Positions 55,252-64,000 of a DNA stretch of 64,000 bases are shown here, piece by piece. Both the position numbers and the translations under genes were made by a program. Positions within the stretch are counted from its first letter, which is position 1. Every line of letters begins with the position of its first letter. The DNA is from Candidatus Nanohalarchaeota archaeon (GTDB taxonomy: Archaea; Nanohalarchaeota; Nanosalinia; Nanosalinales; Nanosalinaceae). The notes below the pieces were generated by a model. It was not told the origin of the DNA. It saw only the letters and a list, made by a program, of their open reading frames with translations, and searched no databases. The stretch lies in contig JALDAJ010000001.1 in assembly GCA_022729235.1 (NCBI GenBank), positions 576,001-640,000 on the forward strand, given 5' to 3'.

Positions 55252-55370
55252 CTAATTCCTGTCTGGGGAGGAATAACTCCGGAACATGAGTGTTGTTACC
55301 AGAAGGTACTTAAACAATGATGAGTAATTTTGTGTTAATACCTTAAAGCCTCGCGAGGAAGAATCAGTTT

Positions 55371-55718
55371 ATGACCGACTTTAAACAGGCGATAATTGTG
55401 AGAGAAGATATCGGGATGTCACGTGGAAAGATGGTAGCGCAGGCGTGCCACGCATCTCTAGGTGTATACAGGAAAACACCCGAGACGCAGAGACAGAGAT
55501 GGGAGGAGCAAGGTGCTAAAAAGATAGTGCTCGAAGCTGGTGACACAGACCTTATCGAGATACATGAGCAGGCGAAAAGTAATGGTGTGCCATCGTATCT
55601 TGTCCAGGACGCAGGGATGACTGAGCTGGAACCTGGAACAAAGACTGCTGTCGGGATAGGTCCTGCAGAGGAGGATAAAATCGATAATATAACTGGCGAA
55701 CTGAGATTGGTAGAGTAA
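55371..55718 (+). CDS. pth2: Peptidyl-tRNA hydrolase Pth2
   Basis: MSRGKMVAQACHA, DAGMTE, GIGP. Confidence 0.95.
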   Translation: MTDFKQAIIVREDIGMSRGKMVAQACHASLGVYRKTPETQRQRWEEQGAKKIVLEAGDTDLIEIHEQAKSNGVPSYLVQDAGMTELEPGTKTAVGIGPAEEDKIDNITGELRLVE

Positions 55719-55734
55719 AGAGGTGAAAATAAAG

Positions 55735-56898
55735 ATGGAAGAGATACCAGAATGGGATTATTACTCCGATACACCCGGGATCAAGGGAAGTATCAAGGAG
55801 CAGGTGAGCGACTTCATAGTTACAGAGCTAGCTTCTCATGAGACTGATGAAGAAGGCGATCATCTTATAGTGAAGCTCAGGAAGCAAAACATGACTACGA
55901 TGGAGGCGGTCGACACCCTGTCAAATATCCTCCATATCTCAAAAGACCGTGTAGGGTACGCAGGAAACAAGGATAAGAGAGCTGTGACAGAGCAGTACAT
56001 CTCCATCCAGGGCGTCTCCGAGGCAGATGTGAACCAGATATTCACGGACGAGTTCGATCTTGAGGTCGTAGGTAGAAACGGTTATATCGGTCTAGGAAAT
56101 CTTAATGCAAACCGGTTCGAAATCACTGTAAGAGACCTTAATATCCCGTTAGAAGACATCCGGAACCGCACGCTGAAGATAGTGGACGAACTGGACGGTA
56201 AGTTCCCCAATTATTTCGGCAAACAGCGTTTTGGGTCATCCCGACCTATCACCCACCAGGTCGGACGACACATACTGAAGGGCGACTTCGAAGAGGCAGT
56301 ATGGACGTACATCGCCAAGCCTTATGACCACGAGTACAAGTCGATAAGAAAGGTCAGAGAAGAGCTGTGGGAAACACGGCAGGTAGAGGACATGGCAGAG
56401 AAGTTCCCCAAGCATTACCGGTACGAGAAAGCACTGCTTTATCATCTGACGAAGAACGAAGACGACTACAAGGGAGCTATCAAAAGACTGCCTGAAGGTC
56501 TCCAGAGGCTTTTCATCCACGCCTACCAGTCCTGGGTTTTCAACCGCGTTCTTTCAGAGCTTATCGGTGAGGGATGGTATGATGCCGAATACGAAATCCC
56601 GCTAGTAGGTTACAAAACAGAGCTCAAGGACAACAAGCCTGGTAACCTGGTCAAGGAAGTTCTGGAGGAGGAAGGTATAAGCCAGGAAGATTTCAGGCTA
56701 CAGGAGTTCCCGGAGCTCAGGAGCGAAGGCAGTTACAGGCGCGCATTCGCAGATTTCAGGAACTTTGAAATCCAGGATATAGGGGAGGACGACCTTAACA
56801 TGGCAAAGAACAAGATGAGGGTTAAATTCGACCTGCCCAAGGGTGCTTACGCAACAGTGCTACTAAGGGAGATAAGAAAGACCGGACCTAATAACTGA
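55735..56898 (+). CDS. truD: tRNA pseudouridine(13) synthase
   Basis: DFIVTE, AGNKDKRAVTEQ, PNYFGKQRFG, HAYQS, LPKGAYAT. Confidence 0.96.
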   Translation: MEEIPEWDYYSDTPGIKGSIKEQVSDFIVTELASHETDEEGDHLIVKLRKQNMTTMEAVDTLSNILHISKDRVGYAGNKDKRAVTEQYISIQGVSEADVNQIFTDEFDLEVVGRNGYIGLGNLNANRFEITVRDLNIPLEDIRNRTLKIVDELDGKFPNYFGKQRFGSSRPITHQVGRHILKGDFEEAVWTYIAKPYDHEYKSIRKVREELWETRQVEDMAEKFPKHYRYEKALLYHLTKNEDDYKGAIKRLPEGLQRLFIHAYQSWVFNRVLSELIGEGWYDAEYEIPLVGYKTELKDNKPGNLVKEVLEEEGISQEDFRLQEFPELRSEGSYRRAFADFRNFEIQDIGEDDLNMAKNKMRVKFDLPKGAYATVLLREIRKTGPNN

Positions 56899-56902
56899 TA
56901 AC

Positions 56903-58135
56903 ATGATACTTTACGTCGCATGGCTGCTGATTTTTTCATCAGTATTTATCGCGATATTTTACTTAAGCATCTATTCTAACGTTAAAGGCACAAGACAGGA
57001 AGAGCTCCTGGATTTTGAAAACCCTCCCAAGGTCACAGTTCTGATGCCTGCCTTTAACGAAGAAAAAGTGGTAGAAGAGGCTCTAGAGTCAGTTAAAACC
57101 CTGGACTACCCGGACTATGAAGTTATCTTCATCGATGACGCATCCACTGACTCCACGCTGGAGAAGGCGAGGGACAATTCCTTTGAGGACATGACAATCC
57201 TCCGGCACGAACAAAACAAAGGGAAAGCTGCGGCACTGAACACCGGGATTGAGGAATCCGAGGGAGAATACGTAGTTGTACAGGATGCTGACTCGAAAAT
57301 CGAGGCTAACCTGATCTACAAGGCTTTAAGTCGGATGGAGAGGGATGACTCCCTTGGTGCGGTGATAGCGTCTATAAAACCTCTGGATACGGATACGTTT
57401 CTCAGGAAGATACAGGCGGTCGAGTACCAGGTTATGAACTTTTACAGGATGCTGATGACAGAGATAAATACCCTGAATGTAACCCCGGGAGCTTTCTCTA
57501 TCTATAACGCATCGAACCTCAGGGAAGTAGGTGGATTTGATGAAGGCAATATAACGGAGGACCTGGAGATGGCGTTCAGACTAAGGAAAAATGGGAAGAT
57601 GTTTGAGATGGTTTACTTCGACTCGTCTCACACCGAGTTCCCTGCTACTCTTAAACAACTCTACAACCAGAGGGTGAGATGGGCTAGAGGATTCATCTAC
57701 AACGGATTAAAATACAGGGAGATGTTTCTAAACCCGGATTACGGGTACTTCGGGACTTTGCAGCTGCCTATGCTGGTCTTGATGCCGGCGCTGATCGTGA
57801 CTTCGTTTGTCCTGGTCATAACCGGTATCTTACAGATGAGTTACCAGTTCGCCCTCCAGGTCTCTGCTGTAGGATTATGGATGCCTGAATTATCTCTGGA
57901 AAGTATTCACATCGCCTTTCTAGGTGCAAACATGAAAATCTATATACCTCTCCTGCTCAGTCTGGTCCTGATAGCCTACATCATAAAGACAGCGTATAGT
58001 TACTCTGGTGAAAAGCCCAAGAACATCCCGGCACTGATGTTATACTTCTTCACATACTTCCTGCTACAGTCCGGGTTCTGGGTTTCAGCACTTTTAAAAG
58101 AAATAGCCAGGAGTGAAAAAGTATGGACTTCGTGA
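56903..58135 (+). CDS. Membrane GT2 glycosyltransferase (processive-type motifs)
   Basis: PAFNEE, DDASTD, GKAAALN, DAD, TED, QRVRW, several TMs. Confidence 0.92.
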   Translation: MILYVAWLLIFSSVFIAIFYLSIYSNVKGTRQEELLDFENPPKVTVLMPAFNEEKVVEEALESVKTLDYPDYEVIFIDDASTDSTLEKARDNSFEDMTILRHEQNKGKAAALNTGIEESEGEYVVVQDADSKIEANLIYKALSRMERDDSLGAVIASIKPLDTDTFLRKIQAVEYQVMNFYRMLMTEINTLNVTPGAFSIYNASNLREVGGFDEGNITEDLEMAFRLRKNGKMFEMVYFDSSHTEFPATLKQLYNQRVRWARGFIYNGLKYREMFLNPDYGYFGTLQLPMLVLMPALIVTSFVLVITGILQMSYQFALQVSAVGLWMPELSLESIHIAFLGANMKIYIPLLLSLVLIAYIIKTAYSYSGEKPKNIPALMLYFFTYFLLQSGFWVSALLKEIARSEKVWTS

Positions 58136-58764
58136 AAGAATCCTTCTTGACAGCAGTAGGGTTCACATTTTTGATGATAAGCCTGGGTGTCCTGATAGGC
58201 TTACAAATGGACGATTTCAGAGGAGACCACCTTTCCGACGAACTGAGACAGTCACAGCTGGATTCGGAGACGTTCTCAGTGATCGAATCATACTCTGGCG
58301 CATCCGGGAATAATTACTGTGGACTTCTAGAAGTCCAAATCCCTGAAATAGGGGAGAGAAACGCAGAACTAGGCTCGAGACTGGAGCGGTTCGATGCACA
58401 GAGCCTGGGAGATGACTCTGAGTACGTTTACATACGTGACCGGTACTACAATAACCAGCTCCGGCTTTACATGGCGCTGGAGAGCTACCAGAACGACTGC
58501 AGTGATAACCAGACCAGGATACTCTACTTTTTCGATGACTCTTCGAACAGTGAGAGACAGGGCGCGGTGCTTGATGAAGTTGTAGAAGATAAAGGCGTAC
58601 AGGTCTTCAGTTTCAACGTCAAAGCGGATTCGCCGGTTGTACAGGTACTGGTCCAGAACTACAATATAACAGAACAGCCGACTCTGATTATTAATGGAGA
58701 GACGAAACTGGAGGGATTCATCTCGAGAGGAGAACTCTTGAATGACGTAATCGATAACTCCTAG
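58123..58764 (+). CDS. Membrane-anchored protein with thioredoxin-like C-terminal domain
   Basis: N-terminal TM; YNITEQPTLIING...EGF. Confidence 0.65.
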   Translation: MDFVKESFLTAVGFTFLMISLGVLIGLQMDDFRGDHLSDELRQSQLDSETFSVIESYSGASGNNYCGLLEVQIPEIGERNAELGSRLERFDAQSLGDDSEYVYIRDRYYNNQLRLYMALESYQNDCSDNQTRILYFFDDSSNSERQGAVLDEVVEDKGVQVFSFNVKADSPVVQVLVQNYNITEQPTLIINGETKLEGFISRGELLNDVIDNS

Positions 58765-58822
58765 CGCTATTTCACTTTCTATCAGATACCTTAAAAACTT
58801 TCAGTAAAAACCAGGATAAGTA

Positions 58823-59131
58823 ATGGAGCTACCCAGAATTGTGGTCGCGGCTGTTCTTGCAGGTCTCTTCCTGGGGCTTATAGCCTATAACTACAGTCCT
58901 GGGAACGGTCCGGACCTTGATGACGGCTACTGCCAGGACGTCGAGGAGAACATACGGGCGAATGCCACGTTTGAAGGCTCTATAGCATGTCATCCTCCTG
59001 ATGCTGAAGAGGTAAGAGGAATCAATGTCTCTCATGATGTAGAGGACAGGACCGACTTAGCATGTGTATGCGTGAACAGTTTCGAGGATAACAGGGAACC
59101 TAATATATTCACGATAAATATCGCGGGCTAA
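58823..59131 (+). CDS. Small secreted/membrane-anchored protein
   Basis: N-terminal hydrophobic segment, four Cys. Confidence 0.65.
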   Translation: MELPRIVVAAVLAGLFLGLIAYNYSPGNGPDLDDGYCQDVEENIRANATFEGSIACHPPDAEEVRGINVSHDVEDRTDLACVCVNSFEDNREPNIFTINIAG

Positions 59132-60015
59132 CCCCTGTAACTTCTTGATATCGACAACCTGTTACTTCTCCCTTCTTTCTCCTTAACTACTACCTCATTT
59201 TCCACCAGGTTGGAAACTATGCCCGACACCTTTGCCTTGGAGTAGTCAAGCTCACCGACGATATCTTTCTGCAGCATCGTTCCATCATTATCTCTCAACA
59301 GCTCCAGAACCTCCACCTCATCATGACCTAGATCGCCGTATACGTTTTCTATATCCTCCTGCCTCATACGGCGGAAGGAAAAATAGCCCGTAAGAGCTAC
59401 GAGTGCCGCGACAGTCGCCAGTGCTACCCCTTCATAAAGGTTTATCGGTGTGGAGAAGCGCTCGTAGGCGATCTGGAAATTGACTGTTTCTCCCAGGCTT
59501 GGCTCTGTTTCCCATTCTACAAATATCCGCTGTCCATCACTGTTCGTATTTGCACCAGGGGGCTCGATTACTGACATAGAAACATTTTCCTCGTCAGGCA
59601 GTCCTGCCCCGCGTGGAAGCAGAACCCTGAGACTGAACTCTTCTGTACGGCGGTAAAAATTCTGCGTGTATTCGAAAAGCCTGATGTCCTGTCTCTCAGT
59701 TACAGTATCCGACACCTTGAAACCCATTTGAACGTTGAAACTTTCCTCTGGAGGAGGTTCGCAGCTTATCTCAGACCCTATCTGTAAGCGGGTTACCTCA
59801 CAGTCAGCAGTCGCCCCGTCGATGGCGACCTCTACATCATCTATAGGATAATTGACAAGGTATGTGAAGCGGTTAGCGGTTAAATCGCTTACAGTCATAT
59901 CAACTTCAACGGACTGATCTGCGAGATCGATCAGAACATCCTCGTTCTGTATGGTTGTGGCGGCAGCTGAAGATACCATGAAGACGGCAAAACATGCCGC
60001 GATGAACTTTCTCAT
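59128..60015 (-). CDS. Membrane-spanning regulator: signal peptide, extracellular domain, TM, C-terminal winged HTH
   Basis: Start MRKFIAAC at 60015; LQKDIV.ELDYSKAKVSGIVSNL...GRSNRL. Confidence 0.82.
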   Translation of the reverse strand: MRKFIAACFAVFMVSSAAATTIQNEDVLIDLADQSVEVDMTVSDLTANRFTYLVNYPIDDVEVAIDGATADCEVTRLQIGSEISCEPPPEESFNVQMGFKVSDTVTERQDIRLFEYTQNFYRRTEEFSLRVLLPRGAGLPDEENVSMSVIEPPGANTNSDGQRIFVEWETEPSLGETVNFQIAYERFSTPINLYEGVALATVAALVALTGYFSFRRMRQEDIENVYGDLGHDEVEVLELLRDNDGTMLQKDIVGELDYSKAKVSGIVSNLVENEVVVKEKEGRSNRLSISRSYRG

Positions 60016-60049
60016 GAATTTCTTTCCCGTTTTCAACGTTAAATAGGTT

Positions 60050-60451
60050 TTACTCGTTTGCCCTTGAGATAAGAACTCCTCCAGGACCCATCTGCGCGTA
60101 CTGGTGCATGGTGCTTGCAACGTTCTGCAGTGCTTCCTGGGCTTCTCTCAACTTCATCTCGTAGTCATCCGGACCCTCAATCTGCACGTAAGTAGGTCCG
60201 TAATTGATGACTGTCTGGATAGCCCTGTCGAACCCGTCCAGCTTTACTCTTACCTCTGCGATCTGGGAGTAACCAATATCCATGTCCGGGTGAGGATTTT
60301 CCACTTCTGATACTTCATCGACTTCAGATTCAATTATTTCAACGCGTTCCTCAGTACCAAGCGCCTCCACATGGTCTTCCAGCGCACCCTCAAGCGCTTT
60401 TCTTTCAGGGGCGACAGCCTCAAAAGCCATCCAAAGCTTCAGTTTCTCCAT
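60050..60451 (-). CDS. Hypothetical protein
   Basis: 133-aa acidic ORF, YSQIAEV...NYGPT. Confidence 0.7.
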   Translation of the reverse strand: MEKLKLWMAFEAVAPERKALEGALEDHVEALGTEERVEIIESEVDEVSEVENPHPDMDIGYSQIAEVRVKLDGFDRAIQTVINYGPTYVQIEGPDDYEMKLREAQEALQNVASTMHQYAQMGPGGVLISRANE

Positions 60452-60531
60452 GTTTCCTGGCTTAACCCTGAATCTTTAAAGCCGTACCGACCTGTCGAAC
60501 CAATTTAAACCGCCAGTACGATTCTAAAACT

Positions 60532-60963
60532 ATGGAAGAACAGGAGAAAATCGAGGAAGTAAGGCACAGGCTTGAAGAGATAGGAGGAGAGTATGGCATA
60601 GACCAGATAGAGCTCGGTAAACTCCTTATAGTGGTTTCTGCCTCTGTTCTGATGGTTTCAATCCCTGCAGCAATGGCTTTTCACAGCGCTCTAGGTAGTG
60701 TAGAATCGACCCAGGAAAACATGAGCCAGGCAGCAGATTTCGTCCAGTCCAGCAGCTTCCAGTCAGAACTCGATAACCTGGTCATGCAGGAGGACGGAGA
60801 CCAGTTTCTCTGGGCGTACCAAGGGTTTCAGAGGGCGGGAGATGCAGCTGAAGGGCTTGAAGAAACTTCTGATGACATGGAGGAGAGATACACGGTCTTC
60901 CAGTGGATAAGTCTCCTCGCCATACTCGGGCTTGTATCTGGAATCACCATCATCTATTTGTAA
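60532..60963 (+). CDS. Hypothetical 2-TM protein
   Basis: Two hydrophobic helices around a coiled region. Confidence 0.7.
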   Translation: MEEQEKIEEVRHRLEEIGGEYGIDQIELGKLLIVVSASVLMVSIPAAMAFHSALGSVESTQENMSQAADFVQSSSFQSELDNLVMQEDGDQFLWAYQGFQRAGDAAEGLEETSDDMEERYTVFQWISLLAILGLVSGITIIYL

Positions 60964-60988
60964 ACCGCTAAAAAATCTAGTTTTAAGG

Positions 60989-62311
60989 ATGAGAAGACTC
61001 TTCCCGGTCCTGTTCCTGGTTTTCTTTATCCTGGGAGCAGCAGGACAGGAAACACCGCAACCTACGCTGCAGGAGATAGAGATTTATGACGTGGAAGGCT
61101 TGAGCGCCTCGGACCGTGAGACCGGGGGATACCTGGTAACTTCAGGTATCAATCAGACTTTCAGTATCAACCACTCGGAGAGGTACCACGAGTACAGGTT
61201 CGAGTTTATAATAGAAAATGAGGGAGATGGAGAATGGAATCTGGATGATGGAGACGTTATGGAGCACGAGAACCTTGACCCTGGGTGGGGAATCGATGAA
61301 AGCGGTGATGTCTGGTACAACACTACCAGTGAACGGTACTTCGGCGGGGCTTTCCAGGACGGGGACATAGAGTGGGACACCTCCCCGGGGGGAACAGTTG
61401 GAACAGGAGAAACACTTTTCGCGAAGTACGTGGTCAACATCTCCACGGAAGCTGAGGATCTCAGAGACCAGTACTTCCTGGTCAACACGACGGATGATGA
61501 ATACGAGGGTAGTGAGGACTACCATGAGCTTGATGTGAAACGGTTCGGCGCCCTATACCCTGTACTGGTAGAACCTCCAAATGACACTAAAGTCCAGAAA
61601 AACAGGTTCTTCGAGATGATGGCGGAAGTAACGTGTCTCGAAGGAGTATGCGGAGAGGTTGACACCTCCATAAGATACAATGAGACCGGTGATGCTGACA
61701 CCCTGGTACAGGAAAACAGTGCAGAACCGTTCTACACCAACGCATCCAACACGGCGACATGTTCCGCGGATTTAGGGCTTGACGAGACCTGCTCGGAGAG
61801 ATTCTTCGTGAACGCCACGGGTGAGACTGAGTCCTACCACCTGCTCGACACCAATGCGAGTTCGAGCTACAGCGACATCGATAACAACAGCTCTGATGAC
61901 AACCAGGTGCAGATAAACGAGGTCCTTATGGTTGATGCACAGTTCGATGCTGTTGAATTCGGGTTACTGGACCCGGGAACTGAGAACAGCTCCGCGACAG
62001 GTAACGAAGACCTGGCTTACAACATCAGTATACCCGAAGAGAGCAACACAGTTGACAACCTCTGGATAAGGGCTACCGAGATGGAGTCGCAGGAACGCGA
62101 GGATTACAACATCCAGCCCGGGAACGCCTCCTACAGCACCGAGAACGATGTAGATACGTCTGAAAGACTTTCAAGTAGCTACCAGTTACTGGCTAATAAC
62201 CTGGTTCCTGGTAGCGTGCTCACAACTTTTTACTGGCTTGACGTACCGTACGGCATATATCAGGGAGGATACAACGGGACGCTTTACTTCAAGGTGAATT
62301 CCACGGGGTGA
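60989..62311 (+). CDS. Secreted/surface glycoprotein
   Basis: Signal peptide MRRLFPVLFLVFFILGAAG; many N-x-S/T sequons. Confidence 0.8.
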   Translation: MRRLFPVLFLVFFILGAAGQETPQPTLQEIEIYDVEGLSASDRETGGYLVTSGINQTFSINHSERYHEYRFEFIIENEGDGEWNLDDGDVMEHENLDPGWGIDESGDVWYNTTSERYFGGAFQDGDIEWDTSPGGTVGTGETLFAKYVVNISTEAEDLRDQYFLVNTTDDEYEGSEDYHELDVKRFGALYPVLVEPPNDTKVQKNRFFEMMAEVTCLEGVCGEVDTSIRYNETGDADTLVQENSAEPFYTNASNTATCSADLGLDETCSERFFVNATGETESYHLLDTNASSSYSDIDNNSSDDNQVQINEVLMVDAQFDAVEFGLLDPGTENSSATGNEDLAYNISIPEESNTVDNLWIRATEMESQEREDYNIQPGNASYSTENDVDTSERLSSSYQLLANNLVPGSVLTTFYWLDVPYGIYQGGYNGTLYFKVNSTG

Positions 62312-62315
62312 TCCA

Positions 62316-62999
62316 GTGAGGAAACCGATTCTTATCCTGGTCCTGTTAATGTTCACCTTACAGGTATCCGCATTCGGCACCATGATAGAGACCTCGGAGA
62401 AAACTGTTGAAGGTCTTTCCGCTGATTACACGGTCTACCTCTTTAATATGGGTGAGGAAGAGATCGAAGTAGAATTTGAGGTGTCGGGTCTGGAGAGAGC
62501 AGACTACTCCGGTCTAGAGAACATTCTGGTCGGACCTTCTAACGTCAGCGAAGAGCCGAGGGAAGGATGGAGCTACATCGATGGGAGGTACGTTGAGCCT
62601 GCAGAGGAAAGCTTTACGGTCCAGATGGATAGACAACGGGAAAATAGTTCGATGGACTTCCAGCTTGAGGTGACGGCACGCCTCCCGGATGACGCGGAGA
62701 GAACTATTCGCCAGGAAATAGTGCATGAACGCGTGCATGACCTCCGGATGGAGACCCGGACCGTGATAATAGACCCAGAGGATGAAGAGGAGCAGGAGCT
62801 GTGGAGAGAGGTTAACGCTACAGAAAGAGAGGGAATGGAAGAATTCCGGGGTGAGAGGGAGGAAGAAAATGGAGAACTTGTAGAGAATAATATGACAGGT
62901 GAAGACACTGAAGGTAGTGATAGAGGCTCTGTAAACACGCTAACGTTTGTATTAGTCGCAGGGATACTGCTTATGTCAGCCTACCTGTTGACTGTGTAG
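62316..62999 (+). CDS. Surface protein with signal peptide and C-terminal TM anchor
   Basis: Hydrophobic N- and C-termini, acidic linker. Confidence 0.75.
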   Translation: MRKPILILVLLMFTLQVSAFGTMIETSEKTVEGLSADYTVYLFNMGEEEIEVEFEVSGLERADYSGLENILVGPSNVSEEPREGWSYIDGRYVEPAEESFTVQMDRQRENSSMDFQLEVTARLPDDAERTIRQEIVHERVHDLRMETRTVIIDPEDEEEQELWREVNATEREGMEEFRGEREEENGELVENNMTGEDTEGSDRGSVNTLTFVLVAGILLMSAYLLTV

Positions 63000-63105
63000 T
63001 TTGGAAACATCTTTTAACCGGAAATACAAAGCATAGAGTGAGGGGGAGGGAAAAATAGTAGCCGGTAGATCCTGGGAAGACTTCCGGTTCCGGAGAGGTC
63101 TAAAA

Positions 63106-64000
63106 ATGGAGAACAACTTATTCACGCTGGGCTTAGCCGCCCTTCTACTGGTAGCTGCAGCCGCAGCTGTAGATACATTTGATGATTCAGAGATCCATGT
63201 GAACGTTAATGATTCCTGCCAGGTCTCCCTTTACAACTTTGAACAACCCGGTTTCGGGTTTGAACACCACCGGAAGATAGGTTTCGGAGGTAACGGGACA
63301 TGGGGAAATGATGGTCCGGTAACTGTCGTAAACACCGGGAACCAGAACGCGAGCTACCTTTTTAACCTGTCGATATATCCTTCCACAAAACCGGAGATAG
63401 AAACTATTGCTCCGGAGCAGAACGATACCTTCAGCATCGAGGACGGGGAGGAGACAGAGGTGACCTTTGAATACAGGTTTGAGGCATTCTCGGGAGAAGA
63501 GGCGGTTGCGGATTTGCTGATAAAGGAGGACTCTGAGGAAGAATACTCTACCATAGATACACAGAACCAGACAGCGAGCGATGGCTCCGTCCTGTACGAA
63601 CAAACACAGGATCTGCCGGAGGGGGAGCACTTTTACATGGTAGAGGTGGAGTCAGCCCACGGAAAGGTGTATCACACAGAGCCGGTTGGTTTCGCGGTTG
63701 GAGACGATAATAACGCGTCTATGCCTGATAAAGGTGCGGACATGGATTTCAAACCAATGGATATCAACGTGCAGCCAAATCCTGAAGAGTACACTGACAA
63801 CACGACATTATCCGCTAACTGGGCGGCAAACGAGTCTATCCCCGGGGATTTCCCTCCCCGTGAAAATCTGGGTATAGACTTCACGGCTAACTACCCGCCC
63901 GCGAACTACACAGGAAACGCGACTGTTGAATACGTATGCGGAGACTTGGCAGAACTGGAGGATGACAGGCAGAATGATACCATAACTTATGACTACAGTT
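63106..64000 (+). CDS. Secreted/surface glycoprotein, runs off right edge
   Basis: MENNLFTLGLAALLLVAAAAAVD...; open frame, many sequons; not in ORF track because truncated. Confidence 0.75.
   Translation, partial: MENNLFTLGLAALLLVAAAAAVDTFDDSEIHVNVNDSCQVSLYNFEQPGFGFEHHRKIGFGGNGTWGNDGPVTVVNTGNQNASYLFNLSIYPSTKPEIETIAPEQNDTFSIEDGEETEVTFEYRFEAFSGEEAVADLLIKEDSEEEYSTIDTQNQTASDGSVLYEQTQDLPEGEHFYMVEVESAHGKVYHTEPVGFAVGDDNNASMPDKGADMDFKPMDINVQPNPEEYTDNTTLSANWAANESIPGDFPPRENLGIDFTANYPPANYTGNATVEYVCGDLAELEDDRQNDTITYDYS

Noticed and set aside
654-63884. Many Ser-rich antisense ORFs in the track (e.g. 7823-8752, 26526-27230, 53933-54526)
   Set aside because: They are shadows of acidic GAA/GAG/GAC-rich genes on the opposite strand.

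Overview
Core-genome window of a small-genome halophilic archaeon, most consistent with Nanohaloarchaeota/DPANN. Evidence: very acidic proteins, about 50% GC, tight gene packing, split RpoB and RpoA, GAGGTG Shine-Dalgarno (SD) sites. It holds ribosomal-protein genes, the RNA polymerase operon, EF-1a/EF-2, tRNA-processing genes (EndA, intein-containing RtcB, archease, Kae1, Sua5/TsaC, TruD, Pth2), three tRNAs, GlyRS/TrpRS/PheRS, an AsnB-Dph6 fusion, TIP49, HerA and a surface-protein cluster. Main discovery: glyS, pheS and the trpS region are each preceded by short unannotated leader ORFs carrying the same cassette. The cassette is an SD-like Gly-Gly codon pair, one spacer codon, UUU, then the COGNATE codon (GGA for Gly, UUC for Phe, UGG for Trp), the same layout as the bacterial prfB +1 frameshift site. 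For glyS and pheS the +1 frame stays open and stops exactly on the synthetase start codon (GTGA overlap). This suggests an amino-acid-starvation sensor working by hungry-codon frameshifting followed by termination-reinitiation. A second signal is a family of REP-like hairpin elements at operon junctions and around tRNA-Ser; at four junctions they form mini-ORFs that would preserve translational coupling. All calls were made by eye, without database searches.
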